From positions 62,001 through 126,000 of the forward strand of contig NMRA01000607.1 in NCBI GenBank assembly GCA_002633005.1: DNA of 64,000 bases. Direction: 5' to 3'. Positions within the stretch are counted from its first letter, which is position 1, and each line of letters opens with the position of its first letter. Shown here in pieces: positions 14,401 to 28,255 of the stretch. Made by a program: the position numbers and the translations under genes. The stretch comes from Phoronis australis (Eukaryota > Animalia > Phoronida). The notes beneath the pieces are model-generated. The model was not told where the DNA came from. It saw nothing but the letters and a program-made list of their open reading frames with translations, and ran no database searches.

Positions 14401-15391
14401 GCGCTGCGAATAACACCCACACGCAATGGTGTTCTATCCAGACCCCTATTCAATACAACCTTTTGTTGTTTGTGCTGGGATCTCGCGGTGACGCAACATG
14501 GCGCGAAAAGGCAGCTTCACTTATCATTTGACGGGCTTACACTTGCGTGATTGAACTCGTGTTTTCTTATTTTACTAAAGCTTTGCTGGGACTATCTGGT
14601 TAGCCTAATACATCTAAAGTAACAAAATTCTGTTGAAGTTACGCTTAACGAAACCTATCCAAGTCACTGTAAGTTTTTAGTTTTTAGTACACGCTGAAAG
14701 TCTTACTTGTAAGTGGCGTGCTTATCTCCTTCTCGAAGACACCTGCCGAATTCCAAGTCTTCAAACGGTATCGTACAGTCTCTTATACTCTGATGCACAC
14801 CTAAGGTATCAGCTTCGTCTTCGCTATCACTGAAGACAGAGTCATAAGCCTCATCATTACAGTAGCACCCGTTGCTGATTGTGGGCCACGTCGACGCTAA
14901 ATGGAAGCCGCTGTCCTGGGTATTTGTGTCGTCTGACACACTGTGGTCGAGACCTGCTCGCCGTTGAGGCGTGGACGCCTGAGGAAAGTGGAATGTAGTG
15001 CGACCAGCGGGAAATTGACAAGTCAGGAATGACGGTGAGTCCGGCTCTATGTCACCAGCGGAAGACACGCTGCTGCATTTCGATGGGGTCGAAGGCTGAC
15101 TGGCGTAGCAGCTGTCCACAGACTGTAAGCTAACATTGTCCCAATCTACCGAACATGTTCTCGAGTCTGAAGCACTCTCACATGGTAAGCTTTTCTCTGT
15201 CGAGGTGCTTGTTTTCAAGGAGCTGCGAGCCAGAAACCGGCTGACTCGACTGCAAAGTTTCCGCCATGACGAGATTCCGGAAGACTTCTTATGGTCACGA
15301 CTGCTTTTGTCGAAAATGGCGCGAAGGGAGGAAGGTAGCGCCTGCATGTCAAGATCGTTCGCCTGCAAAACTTTAGTCCAATGGGCATCTC
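11414..15391 (-). CDS. KSR3: RAF/KSR-family (TKL) pseudokinase, KSR3-like
   Basis: In-phase exons 15391-14707 (Ser-rich region ...DCTIPFEDLEFGRCL...HATYK), 14033-13650 (GRWHGEV...KLRHENVSLFMG...IAQGLGYLH), 12700-12490 (APE...FTKESDIYAFGTVLYELF), 11560-11414 (LIKGCWHREPSKRP...RHSSSEP...*). GRWHGEV and RHENV-LFMG are KSR/RAF signatures. Catalytic motifs are degenerate. The start is either ATG 15410 or an upstream exon. The KSR3 label is inferred from architecture. Confidence 0.85.
13108..13165. repeat. 18-bp tandem repeat, 3 copies (intronic)
   Basis: TCAATATCCAATAATAGG repeated three times. Confidence 0.95.
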
Positions 15392-15984
15392 CTGGAATGG
15401 ATGGATACATGCTGTAGTCATGTCAACATTCTTACTTGGTAGTTGTAACGACATGCAGCATTAGGACTTGGGTTGGCCAGGAATCATGCCAGAACAATAT
15501 CACGTAAATTAAAAATTTTTAAAAACGCTTTATCGCGAGGTTTAATGGCCGAAAGACGCATTTTGATGGATTGCTGTTGAACGGGGTAGACTGTTTGAAG
15601 TATATACATTAGCTTTGACCAGTTGTTTTTGTAATTCTAATTCAAATCATCAATTCTCGGCAATGACTTCAAGACAATCGCTGAAATTAAGGCCGGTGAC
15701 TTTACTAAAGAAATACGCATACAATACAATGCCAATTATCGAGCGGGATTTCAGTCCGCCAGCAGAGCCTTGCTGCCACTGCTGGAGTTTCCGCTTCAAT
15801 TCAGTGATGAGACTAATCTCAGAAAAATACCAGTTTTCTCACCGATAATGCCCCTATAAAAAATTCAACGCTCACAAACGTTCTACGTTCTGATTCAACA
15901 GTGAACTTCTGCTATTTTTACATTATTTTTACAAAAAATAAAGCCCAACATCAGGAATTCGTCACGTAAACAGGGTAAACTTAC

Positions 15985-16076
15985 CAGAGCGCCAGGTGCG
16001 AGAATGAGTTCTGTCACAACAGCTGCAAGGTTTTTTTGGTGACGTCGATGACCACGACTTCCGCACGCTTGTCATC
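15985..16076 (-). CDS. Probable upstream coding exon of the pseudokinase (MTSVRKSW...PCSCCDRTHSRTWRSG)
   Basis: Acceptor ttttag and donor G|GTAAG; open frame; the phase-1 end joins the ccattccag|GA acceptor at 15391 in frame. Confidence 0.5.
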
Positions 16077-16991
16077 CTAAAATCAAAATGGAAAAAAACC
16101 CTAAAGCAACTGTAGCCTGGGTGAACTCGGATAAAATACGCACAGCCGCTAATTTATATGGAATACGAAGATGTCAGATGATGTTTACGACCTCAAGCTA
16201 ACTGACTTGTCTCGGTAGACGGCGTGGGTGTTGAAAGCACATGCTTGTTTCACGACGCTGTTTACAAACAGTGTGCACCGATTCAGCGTGTTTCAAAGAC
16301 CTCAGCTGGTGAAAAATCGATAGTATTTACTAATAAGTTTCTGCTGTAGAGCCGGGTGCACAGGCGTTATTTACCACAATCTGATCTGTTAAATTTCGTA
16401 CTTAAGCTTTGTTGACCAGCATCACAGTGCAGAACAGGTGTCATTTTCTACCGAATGCACGTGCGTTTATAACCACGCGCCTAGATGTGAAGCTGTGCCT
16501 ATATAAATATAGGCGCATATATCACGCATGCGCCTATGTGTAAAACCATGGAGGATGTTTAGTAAAATGTAAAGTTACAAGTCAAAAATGATGAAAGAAT
16601 GTGCATAACTTTTGAAACAAGAGTAACGCGAAGCCATGAAGACCACCACTGCAAAGCAAATGTTATGCTTTTTGGGTTGTTTCATAGTGTCATCTTAAAT
16701 GAAAAATAAAGAGGCAATTTCAAGACACAGGACAAGTCAAATCCATAGTCGAACCCATCCGAGAATTCGCCCTTGCCGCCCATGTATGATAGGGTCATAA
16801 ACGGTATCTGCATAATTTATTGAGCGTGCGTCAGTGAGTTTTAGAGATACAACAGGGCACGCAAGAACGATAATGTACCCCCACACACGCACACACTGTG
16901 CATCTGGGTGACTAACAATATTTTTTTGAAAAAAACCGCATTACTTGAAGTGGGGCTTTGATTTAATTCTCCACATGTACACTATAAACTG

Positions 16992-17232
16992 GAGCCCGTT
17001 CCAAGAAAACTAACTTAGCTAAGACAAACCTTAAATTTAAGCCAAATCTAAGATAAAACTGCAATTTATCTTAGTTCGTTCCAAGAAAGTTATCTTAAGT
17101 TTGAGTTTGGTCTTTGACTTTAGTTTTGTCTTTAATTTGACTGGATGTAGAAGTTTCAACTAGTTAAGAAGTTGAGACAAATCTTAGACTTAAGTAAGAA
17201 ATGAACTTAAGTCAGTTTCTTGGAACGAATCC
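16992..17232. mobile_element. MITE family B, copy 2
   Basis: GAGCCCGTTCCAAGAAA ... TTTCTTGGAACGAATCC with CTG on both sides (3-bp TSD). Confidence 0.8.
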
Positions 17233-18300
17233 CTGATTCACCACGATTGCAACTGTCAGTGTTACATGTACGTGTTGATCCACTCCTCACTACTGTACGT
17301 CTATATCATTGACTCTTGTAAGCACTGGTAACAAACAAGAGCTCATTCAATCTTCACGACACACGTTGGTCAAGTTCATCTCCCAAAACATTCTCTATGT
17401 TGAAACTTGCAAACGCGATAATGTTCGCGCCAACTAATCTTGCCACATACATGTACATAGTGTAGGGTTTTCGACTGACCGTTTTTATATGCTCCTAAAA
17501 AGTCGTTAAGTAAGGACAGTTAAAAATGCGATAAATTGACAAAAATCTTTCCAATTAATATAAACTTGGTCTACGAAGACCTTGTATTAATCTGATGCTT
17601 GTAGGACCGCCCGACTAAATTTATTTTATTCCTATTTGAAGTATTGGCCGCCAATGGGTGCGCCGCGCTGACTTCACGTCTCTCAGTAATACACGACGGG
17701 ATTTTGGTTGGTTGTTCATTAAACGTGTTTTTACGGTTAATTACTAAGCTGTGTAATTGTTGTTGTCTAACCCGACTTCAAAATTTGACAGCGACTGCCA
17801 CTAAGTAATATTTAATGAATTTTTCGTTTCTGCACACGTATACACACTGAGGTACATGACGGAGTTAGGTGTAGGCGATAATCACCAACCATTTGGAATC
17901 AGTTTAATTATAATCGTGATATAAGTTAACCCTTTCCATTCCCACAAATTGGCAAATTACTAAACCACTAATAAAGACTGCCTGTTGTATACGTGCTGAA
18001 GTCAAGCACACTGACGGGTCAATAGCTTGCGGTTCTAACGTGCTCACGGTCACTTGGAAGGTTGTACTCGGATAAAAAGTGAACAGTAACGCACAATATT
18101 TCACGAAATCTTATATTTATGAGTGTTCTTTCCATAACCTTTCGGTCAGCCTGCTTTTACAGGATGTTTCACTGACTTACCGTCACACGCACGTATTTTC
18201 TGTCGGCCATGAGCAACGCCGGCTGCGCAAAGGAAAAACTGAGTCAAAGTAACCCACGCTAGGGGGCGAGGGTGTCTTATGCAGGTCATTGACAGCTTAC

Positions 18301-18357
18301 CTGGATTTGCACAAGTTGTCGCACATGTGTCTTGTTTCCGTGCCGTTCGCTGTTGAT
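18301..18357 (-). CDS. Possible further upstream exon of the pseudokinase
   Basis: Strong acceptor (ctttttaccttttgcag) and donor (CAG|GTAAG); 57 nt, open and in phase with the 16076 exon (...HMCDNLCKSR|MTS). Confidence 0.4.
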
Positions 18358-20835
18358 CTGCAAAAGGTAAAAAGCAACATTACAAACAGGTGAAAGTTGA
18401 CGTAAGGTTGGAATCAGTGATGAATCTGACGACAAACAGCCCGCTTCCACGAGCGGCTCAGGTACCGATTTATTGGCTTCACCCGTATGTCTGTCGTCTG
18501 CGCTAGTTCACGTGGATTTGTTAATTAATACTAGCTCCACCTAAATTGCATCTGCTGATTTGTGGGGTCGTCGTTGCGAAATGGTTTACGTAGACAAGAT
18601 AAATTAAAAAAAAAAAAACGTTTCCCACCTGTAACGCAATAGCTGATCGAACTGCACAAGCAATGTCCGAAAGCGCCCAAGAATCTGCGTTCAGAACGAG
18701 TAAGAATGAGTGCTATACATGTAGAGTCAGTTCACTCTCTACCATGTGGCAAGAGACAGTGCAGTCGACGACACGAACTGACCTTAGCTGATTTGCGGTC
18801 AGTTACATAACAGCTCGCGGAAACGACCAATCGCAATCTTCCTTAGTTGGTGATGCGCACATCTCACAGAACACTGACCAATGATGTGTCGTGTTTCAGA
18901 ATTCTTGAGGCGATGGGAATGACCTGAGAAAGTTTCAGTTTATGTCGAAACCTATTTCGACCTGAACCCGGAAAAAGTCATGACCCCCGACGACCGAGGT
19001 CACTAAACGCAAGTGCAGGTCAACATAACAACGGCTGATTCGGCCCCGATGACACTGACCATTACTATTTATGCCAATTCACCATTTCTCAAGTGCAGAG
19101 ACTGATGTAATTGTTTTCTTTGTGACTTCTAGGTTAACACGAGCAGCGAAAATGCTAGCAATTGCTTACTCGCGAAAAATTCAAAACGTTAGCGTTTTTA
19201 GCCTGACAAATGCTCTGGCCGCGAAGGGGTCATTTTAGAAAGAAGTTTATTTCCTCGCCACCAAATTATTTTTAAAGCGAAAATTGTTGTCGCGTCACGT
19301 TCACTCTCAGTATAAACTATACAAACTCAACGATAAACACAGCCCCCTTTCCCCTGCCGCGTATGTGCGACTCATGCAATAGGCAGTCTGTCTGGCTACA
19401 AAAAGAGTTCTTGAACTATGCCAGTATCACTGGAATGACTCAAAGAATCAGCGAAGTGCCAGCAAACGCTATATACTCGTAACCGTTCGTATACCGGTAA
19501 GTGAAATGTTCGATCACTGGTGCCAGCTTATGAACCAGCTATAAATTATGTAAAATAAGAGCGCACTAACCCGAGCAGACGAATACATGTACGTTCTATG
19601 AAGAAAAGTGAAGATTCATGACACCATTCCTTGGCCACAGCAATGCAAAAAATTAAATAATCGCGATTACCAAGAACTTCATAATAAAACACATTTCAAT
19701 AGTTAGGCGCCACGTCCAAGTCAATGGCCGAGCAAACAAAGCACAGAGACTAGGCGTGTTCTTGCCCTCGTTTCGTCATATCTATCAAGTGTTTTGACAA
19801 TGTGGAGACGTGGGATACGTTTGTACTGGCATTTATTCCCTGCCACATCACGTCATCATGCCATATCAAAACAAGGTTTCAGTGAAATCATTGATTCAGC
19901 AAGATGCTTAAAATGAAATCTTTAATTCAGGCATTAAGTAAGACGCTAAAAATGAAAGCATAGAAAAAAGGAAGCGAAATGAAATTTAAGGTGTTTGAAA
20001 TTTATAGCATAGAGGCAGACATTCAATGAAGTTCAATCGACGGTTTTCTCTCAATCCCAGGGCTGCGTTTCGCAGACCAAGTTTCTTGCGAGGAAAGCCA
20101 GATGACGCAAGACCACGTAAAATCACGTCAGGGAAAGGTGAGTGCGATCTGGAGGCAAAGAACAGTTCTCACAGGGGTTTGCCTATCAGAACAAACGTCA
20201 ATAGACTCTTCACTCTGTCAAAAACTGCATGCAAAGAAAGAAAAGTTTTGAGTCATTTCACATCACAAGCCCTCCAGATGAGCACAAAAACTTTATTCTT
20301 TCTTGTATTTTTGACCCTTTCATTCCCACTGAAAACCGAGCTAGACTGAGAAAAATAGGGGCAAAAAATGCAAAATCGGCACTTCCCACCCCAAAACCAC
20401 CACTTCCCTGCCGATGCTCGACTAAAGCCAACATTAGATTCCGAAAGCAAATTTCTTACCGATTCCAAAAACGTGGTTCAAAAGTACTGTCAACCAACTA
20501 GTTGTTTTTGCAAATCTGGCTTGTTTGAGGGCTACCTGAAATCGCGGCCAGTTTCTCAGTTGCTACACAGCAATGCACAAATGCAACAGGGGGAGCCACC
20601 ATCTTGAAGAAGAGTGCAGCTACAACAGAGCATGTGGCCTTTTTTTCTCAGCATGTTCACAAACACAAACAAACAACGTTCGCTGAGCCTACACGAAATG
20701 CCTACCCACAAAATGCCCCCAAACTTGGCTTACCAAAATTTTTAATATTTTAGCAGTGCAAAGTGGCCACAGCCGCAGCCTAACTGTGCAGTGCCACCTT
20801 TGGCAAGTATTCTCGATAGCTTACCACTAAAGGCA

Positions 20836-20988
20836 GCCTCCCGTTCAGTAACGCTAGGACCTCGCTAAAAAGCAAGACTTCGCGAGATTACGTGAGATAT
20901 TGCCGTGTATTTTAAATGAGAACACGTGACTTTGACTAGGTTTTAGCTAGGTCCTAGCGTAGGTCCTAGCGTCTACTGAACGCAAGCC
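20836..20988 (+). mobile_element. MITE family A, copy 2
   Basis: TIRs CGTTCAGTAACGCTAGGACCT ... AGGTCCTAGCGTCTACTGAACG; near-identical to 53850-54000. Confidence 0.85.
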
Positions 20989-22319
20989 GGGTTAACTTGG
21001 CAAAATAGCGGCCACTGTCTAAGTGATTTGTCGGTGAGGTACGAATGTTGAATTATGGGATAGAAATCACCGTTCACCGGAAATAGCTTGGAAAGATTTT
21101 CCGCAAGAGCACAACTTTCGAATAAGGAAGCACGGGGAACGCAGGTCAGATTCGCTTGCTGTGTCACACGCATGCACTGTTCTAGCTCGATATCTTCACA
21201 AATTCACGCTAACGTTCATGTAGAGATGACGCCCTTACGCAGGCCGGCCACAATGCGCACACCTTAACGCGAAAAAAAAAACATGCGACTGCTTTAACAC
21301 GTTTCCAACTAATTTTGATTTGTGAGTTATCGAAATGTGAAACACTTGTAAAACTGCACGACTGCGCAAATAGCTGACGCACGAGGAAAATATCCGCCGT
21401 ACAATTCTGTTACTGTTTGTGTTAGAACAAACTCTTGGAACGAAAACAAACTCAGATGAACAACAAATTTGACATTTACTATAAGCGTGCTTAAGCATTG
21501 ATGGTCTCTGACGTACTTAAATATTGAAGCAAATTTGACAAGAGTTGTAGCTGCCCATTTGCATAATCTCGTGGTCTTTCTCTCTCAATAATCTGTTGCA
21601 GTCGATTTCTGCGACACGTTCGCTTAACCAGCTATATTCGCGTGGCTGATTCGTGCAGTCCACCTGCTTTTCAAGGACACAGGTCAATTATTCAAACACA
21701 ACCTGTGGGTTAAGCGCTGCACCAGTCGACCTCTCCCATAATTAACTACGGGGGAGCGAAAAACTAGGTGGATAAGGGTAAAAGTACACGTGAAACAGTT
21801 AACGAAAAACCAAAGGAGGCAAACACAGTAAGATGTGTCATTACACTTTTAGTAAAAATTCATAAACGTGTTTTATACAAACCAGCCTAGTATAATCTAA
21901 CCCTAATGCTGCACTGCAGCTCGAGGGATTTGATGTAAATTTGCAACATTAATTTTCTGTTGGACGATTTAAAATGGCCGTTGCAATTGAATGATACTGG
22001 AATTCACTTGGTAAAAACGCAAAACATGTTTGTTGTATAAGGGTTTAATGGTTAAGCAAGACCTCTATTGGCAAGTCGGAGCGTTTAGCCACCTTCAAAC
22101 CTACAGATTTTAACTCAGTAAAAGTATATGTTTTCTGAAGTAGAAAGCTTGCACAATTTTATTGTTGACTTTTAATCATATGCCATTAATTGAATCATCA
22201 TATTGCCACGTCTTTTAGTAAACTTTAGCAAAAAACCAAAGGCACATCAATACCAAAACAACGGTATCAATAACTCCATTAAATTTTGTTTGATATCGAT
22301 GCTCAAGAGAATACGCTAT

Positions 22320-22570
22320 TACCGTTTTCTAAATATCGCGTCATTTCGTTTTATGCAACTTCAGATTTTTCATGAAAATCATCAAAGTCCTATATTTGAT
22401 AGCCGCTCATGCAAAAGCGAAACATTTTAAAAGCATTTAGTACCAGCCTTGTAGAGTACAGTGTAACTATCGAATGTAAAACTTCCAGTTGAATCCTATC
22501 AACCATTTTTGAGATACGATGTTACGAATTTAGCCAAATTTGGACATTTTTCTAGGGTTCTACGTAACTG
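22320..22570 (+). repeat. Old dispersed repeat (family C), copy 1
   Basis: Colinear degenerate similarity to 26350-26595 (TTTATGCAACTT...TTTTCA-GAAAATCAT...TTTGATAGCC..CATGCAAA...GAGAT-CGATGTT). Boundaries approximate. Confidence 0.6.
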
Positions 22571-25500
22571 CTATGAGCGTCAGTGTTAATAAGTGCAAAG
22601 CCCCGTTTTACTTTGGAGTGAAACCTACAAAGTTTTCAATCATTCCTAGTGTTCACAACAATGCTATCTATGATCCAAGTTCCATTTAAATACCACAGTA
22701 TGAGGGCAAAGATCAGCAGACATTTCGCTGCATTGTTTTCCCAAATCGCATTGTTCTCGAGTCTTGTTATATGGAATCCACACAATGGTGCCATTTAATA
22801 GCACGGCGCAAAGTAGACCACTAACCCATTGTTCAACACCGCTATCCATGATAATAGTTGCTGGTCGCTGATAACGTTTAGACTCCACTACAAGTCTGAG
22901 GACTGTTCGTTTTGGTTTCAGTTGTTGCTGCCGTCCATACACGCACAATGATCGTAAAAAGGGTGCAAATAAGACAGATTGCAAAGCGCGTCTTTTCACA
23001 ACTAAAATGATATTTATCGCCGCTCTACGACTCTTTTACTTAGTTCCTATTTAAATGTTTCTCCCCGTTCACACCCCGTCAGTGTTATCAGGTAAATATT
23101 AGACTGTGCTTCAAATTCAGTTTTCTAAAGCGTACATACGTGTGCGCAACCGCGTGGTCCCCTTGACGAGATGTGCGCACGTTTAGGCCGCTCAAGGGAC
23201 CGTGCACTATTCTTATATCAGACTACTCTGACTAGTGACAATGATGGATTGTCGTATAAATTAAAGGTTGCGTCTTTGCTTGCACTTCCAAACCACCATA
23301 TTGAGAAATTTAATACTCAAGCATATGTCAACGTACTACACACAACAATATCTATAAAGCGTCATGATTTCTGTGTGCCTGAGGGACACGTTTTATGTTT
23401 TTTTTTTCACGTAAATCGATCTGTTGTGTTTTGGTCGGTATTAAACGCCCACTTTTAATCATACACGTACCTTGCGGCGTACAAGCACCAGGCTGCTCGA
23501 CGTTCATGTAGTTTGTGGTTTCAGGATCGTCGTGACTGTGCGCGATAAGTTACCACGAATAATCACGTAATATCTTTTAGCCAACTAAACAAGACGAGAT
23601 GCGTCTTTAATAGTTTGGGTACCGGTTGGAGTGATTTTTACTCAAGTTGACGACCGATGTCACTGTTTTTTGTGCTTAGTCCTTACAAAGTGTGAATCAC
23701 ATTGACAAGAGGTGAGGGGGGGCAGAAGCCTTTCTCTGACTCGGAGAACTTTGAAGAACAGACTGCGCATGCCGAAATTCCCCGCGATTTTCCGCCTGAG
23801 AAATGGAAGCGGCTAACGAGTTATTTACAAACATTCTCCATCGACCGAATGCAGTGAATAAAAGCAAGCGACATTCCACACATTTATGCAATCGATGTCG
23901 AACAACGACGACGACCTATCGAGTGTAGCCTTTGACCTTGCATTATTGCCGATCACCCTTTGCTATGCACAAACATCACACACAGAAAACAAAAACATTC
24001 GCGTGCCAACAATTGCGCATTCTTGTACCGAGCCATAACAAAGACATGCACCTACTTGCGGCTTCGTTTAAATCTCCGCAAGCATTCTTGTATGCAAGTG
24101 AGACTGACAGTTACTCTCACTTCAAAATTCACATGATAAATTCGACATGTATAAATCTGCGCGCCCACTCAGTAGGTCGTTGTTCTCGTCATGTCTGTGT
24201 TCTTATCCAGATAATGCGGGTCTCAGATCCACCAGACAATCTCCGTATGTTTGGCTTTATATAGACACCATGGCTGGTGAATTGTTTAATAACCTATGAC
24301 CGGTGATCAACGTGGGCAAACCAAGATGAATTTGTAAATCCAAAGAATTCTTTACCGAAAACCGATTGAGAATTGTCAATGTTGAACCAGCCCCAGTGTT
24401 GTAGCAAGAGACATTTGTGGAAGGCGAACAAGTCGTTGAACCAAGGATCAATAAAATTGATTCTCCCACGAGAAAACAAGACAAGATAATACATTGTGTT
24501 ACTCTAGTAAGATGACTCCGAAGAAATGACCCAAATGATGGTTTGGCCCGAAAACCGATTCTGGGATGTTATGGTGTAAATTATTCAAGGTTCCAGGATC
24601 CAGTTGCGTATTGTATTAGCCGCTTACAGGATGCGTCTTGCCGCGGGCGGCTTTTGCTCTATGCAAATAAGGTCGGGAATGATCGTGCTCTAATTACCAA
24701 GTCTAACAACGGAACTTTATTGTATAGCTATACACAATACACGCCATATGCGGAATAAATAAATACCCAAACAGCAATTTGCGAGAATTTTAAAATGCTG
24801 CGCTAAACAGCTCGTGTGTTTGCGGAAACGCTTCTGAGAATTTCCCCAAAGAACGACGTGCAGTTGGCCAAATCACGACACAAATTTGATTCAGCTTCAA
24901 CGAAACTACAAAATTAATATGGATATGCAATTATTAAAACGAATGATCAAATCATAATCCCTTACCCGACCGAAGGCACCCTGGGCGAAGGCTGTTCTGT
25001 TATTGATACTCCGGTAACAAGCTTCATCGGTAAACATCAGCCTCTCCGTAGCAGGGCTGTAACATTTGTGACAAATTCTTCTGACATACACGAACAAAAC
25101 TTTCCGACAGCTGATCAGCCAAACAATGGAGTAAATCGCCGGCACGCGAATGGGAGGGCATCGCTGTTTATTATAACGCATAGGGGTGGCACGGTATTTA
25201 TCACACACAAACATGACGATGTTGCGTTTATTGAAAATTGGTTTCATAAAAGCTTAAGCCATCCCTACAGCAGAAATTAATTGCTGTTAATTTTTGTTAC
25301 ATTGGTGACTATTTAACTTATGTTAACGTAGCATGTATGTTGAATTCCTAGCATCAACATTGTACAGGTACGTGAAAATAAACACCCCTTAATAGTGGAC
25401 TGTTCCGACAGAATATTAATACAGCTGTGAGAAGATTGTCCAATCGCAGAAGAGAGTTTCTTTGGGATGCAGCCGTTCGCGTGCTGGTTATCCTTTGAAT

Positions 25501-25860
25501 TATATTTTGGCAATATTCGTTGTGACAAGAACCGGCCTCCACTATTCTCCAAAATTTGAAACACATCATCGACTCTTCAAAAGGACCCCATACAACAAGA
25601 CCCCTGTTTACGCTCACGGTTTTGGTATTTTTCATTAAAAGTCTTGCAACGAAAGCAATTGTGCGATTCGCGTGTGCCGCTCTTTCGAGAGAGCAACAAT
25701 TCAAACTTGCAGAAACCCTGCTGACGACACGTTGACCCCCAATTACATCGTGGAATCATTATATTGTAAATTTGTCTATACTCATCGTCAATATTTGCTC
25801 TGGGTAAAAGCAAGTAAATATAGATGATCGGGCTGGCAGTTAACCTATTGAGTATCTGAT

Positions 25861-25965
25861 ATGCATTGACACGAGATAACATGCAGTATGCATTGTTAAG
25901 AGATAGCATGCATTGATAGGAGATAAATAGTATGCATTATGCATTGGTACGAGATAATATGCAAT
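25861..25965. repeat. Degenerate ATGCATTG...GAGATA tandem repeat, about 4 units
   Basis: ATGCATTGnnnnGAGATA recurs every 20-31 nt. Confidence 0.65.
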
Positions 25966-26349
25966 GCCCTGCTGCCAGATTTTAAGCAGTCATCGCATTG
26001 TCGACTCCTCTATTATAAGACTAGATTATCTACCTCCGTCACATATCTCAAGGTCGTGCTTATTAAGCAAGGTAAAGCAGACCTTATCGACAAGTCCGAA
26101 CATTCAGCCAAGTATCTACAGAGATGTACATTTAAACCCTGCAAAAGCTTACATTTTCTAAAAGCAGACATTCCGTAGAATTTGAATTTTGACTTCAAAC
26201 CAATCTGACTCTAATTAGGGCACGTGACCTTATTTTTAGGGAATTTATCAAAAAGAATGGTACAAAAATAGCAGAATAACATGACCACATTACGTATGAC
26301 ATAAATATTCAAAATGAAGTCTCAAAAGCGCTGTAACAGTTTTTTAGTA

Positions 26350-26595
26350 ATCGTAGCGTTTTCTTTTTATGCAACTTTAAAATATTTTCACGAAAATCAT
26401 ATCAGACCTATTTTTGATAGCCCCACATGCAAATGTGGAGAACTTTAAAATACAATTTCTTGCGTAATTGAGAACAGCTAGTGAACAATGTATCGAGTAT
26501 TGTGTTGTATTTTTATGTGAATCCGTCAGCCATTCCAGAGATGCGATGTTCCGAAGATGGCCGAAGTTAGACATTTGTTTCGGGTTTTACGTAAA
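26350..26595 (+). repeat. Old dispersed repeat (family C), copy 2
   Basis: Same motif order as 22320-22570. Boundaries approximate. Confidence 0.6.
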
Positions 26596-28255
26596 TTCGA
26601 CACCATTTTCCTCGCATCTGCTTCGAGAGTTGTGGTACGCTCATGTAGCGTATAATGTGAATGCATGTTCCAGGGCACAGTCGTGATACATGGTGCTGCA
26701 TAACGCGCACCGTATGCAATGCGTCCCTCTTGTCAGCCGTGGAAAAAATGCGGTTAATGAGTAAAGAACCGCAATATCACTAGCACAAAAATACTCGCAC
26801 AAACCAACCATTCTGACGAACAAACCATTCACACGCCCAACAAGCCCTCGGTCCGACTTTTCAACGAAGACTCATCATAAACAATTTATGCAGATTGCAT
26901 TTTATCATGCAAATGAGTTTACTCGCTGATCCTGGTTTGAGTTTTACATTTGATATGCATGATGTTTACATGCGTGCATAACTTTGACGTTCGCTAGCAT
27001 AACTTAAATGGATGTTGCATTGTATTCAGTAATCTATGGTAAGTTTGTAGCAAAACGAACAATTCGAATGGTTTTTGCAGCGTGACGAGCTCCAACTGCT
27101 TTGACACGATGAGGCACAAAATTCAGAACATGTTTTGGAAATGACAGTCAACGGGAGATGAGCTCAGTGAACGTGACGTTGCTATAAATGACGTATATTG
27201 TATGCATCACAGTCAGGAGTACAGTTCAACGACAACTAAGATGTTATACAGGCGCACACTCAGCCTAATGGGGAACTCGAATTTTTAAGACTCATGGGAT
27301 ACGTTCAAAGCTATGAAGTGTGCATTCGCCAAATTTTCCTGCCTTTTTAGTAGACTAGTCTCGTTTTCTACCTTTTAAGGAGTTTTTGGTTCTCTCGGCC
27401 AAATCAGGGTGCGCGCATGTTAAGTAGCCAAATATTTTACAGCCGAAGAGGTGGGAGTGTGCAGATCACTTCTTCTGGCTCAGTGGATTCTGCATGGTCA
27501 CGTGACAAAGGCAGTCTTTGTCCTGTCTCCACGTGTTCAAATTATAAGAGCCATTTCAGAAGGTGTTTAACCCCAGCACCTTAATTACGCCTTTTGTCAT
27601 CAGGAGGGCATCCGTATGAAGGTAAACCGCCTCTCAAATTATCATTATGACATCTGTCGCGTGCAACACGGGGTCAACCTCGAGGTCAAAGCACTCCATT
27701 GGTCATTGCCAAGACGTCAGCGGCTACGTGGGCTGCTGAACAAGAGTGGAAAACGATTTATTGATAACCATTTGAAATAACGCGTCAAAATAATAGATCA
27801 AAGGCTAGGTGTGGCAAACTACACTACGCGCACACCTGTAATGTCACACACAACTGAAAGATCACTGAGTTGACCCGCTTCGCAGTAAGGGATTCATCAC
27901 GGTGTGCGGGAGGATACCGCAGCGTCGAGTTAGAGGGACTACTGGTAGCGCCGAGTAACCGGCATGCCGGCAAACCATTACCGGCCGAGGAAGACACCAC
28001 GCAAATCTTTTACTGGATGAATGCCACTCTTGAGTCATTCCTGCGAAAGCGCAGTATAATCACCACGGGCATTCATTTTCGCACGCTAGGCCTAGACCGG
28101 ATCAGAGTGCACTATAGCCAATTAGATAAAAGATACATGCGTTCGCACGGCGTGCGCACTAGAACTGTGCATTGGTCATGAGTAGCACGAACCCAGCCAT
28201 TTTAATTTGTAACGTCAGAACCGTTACGTTCAGTGGGCACAAATTACAGTTATAA

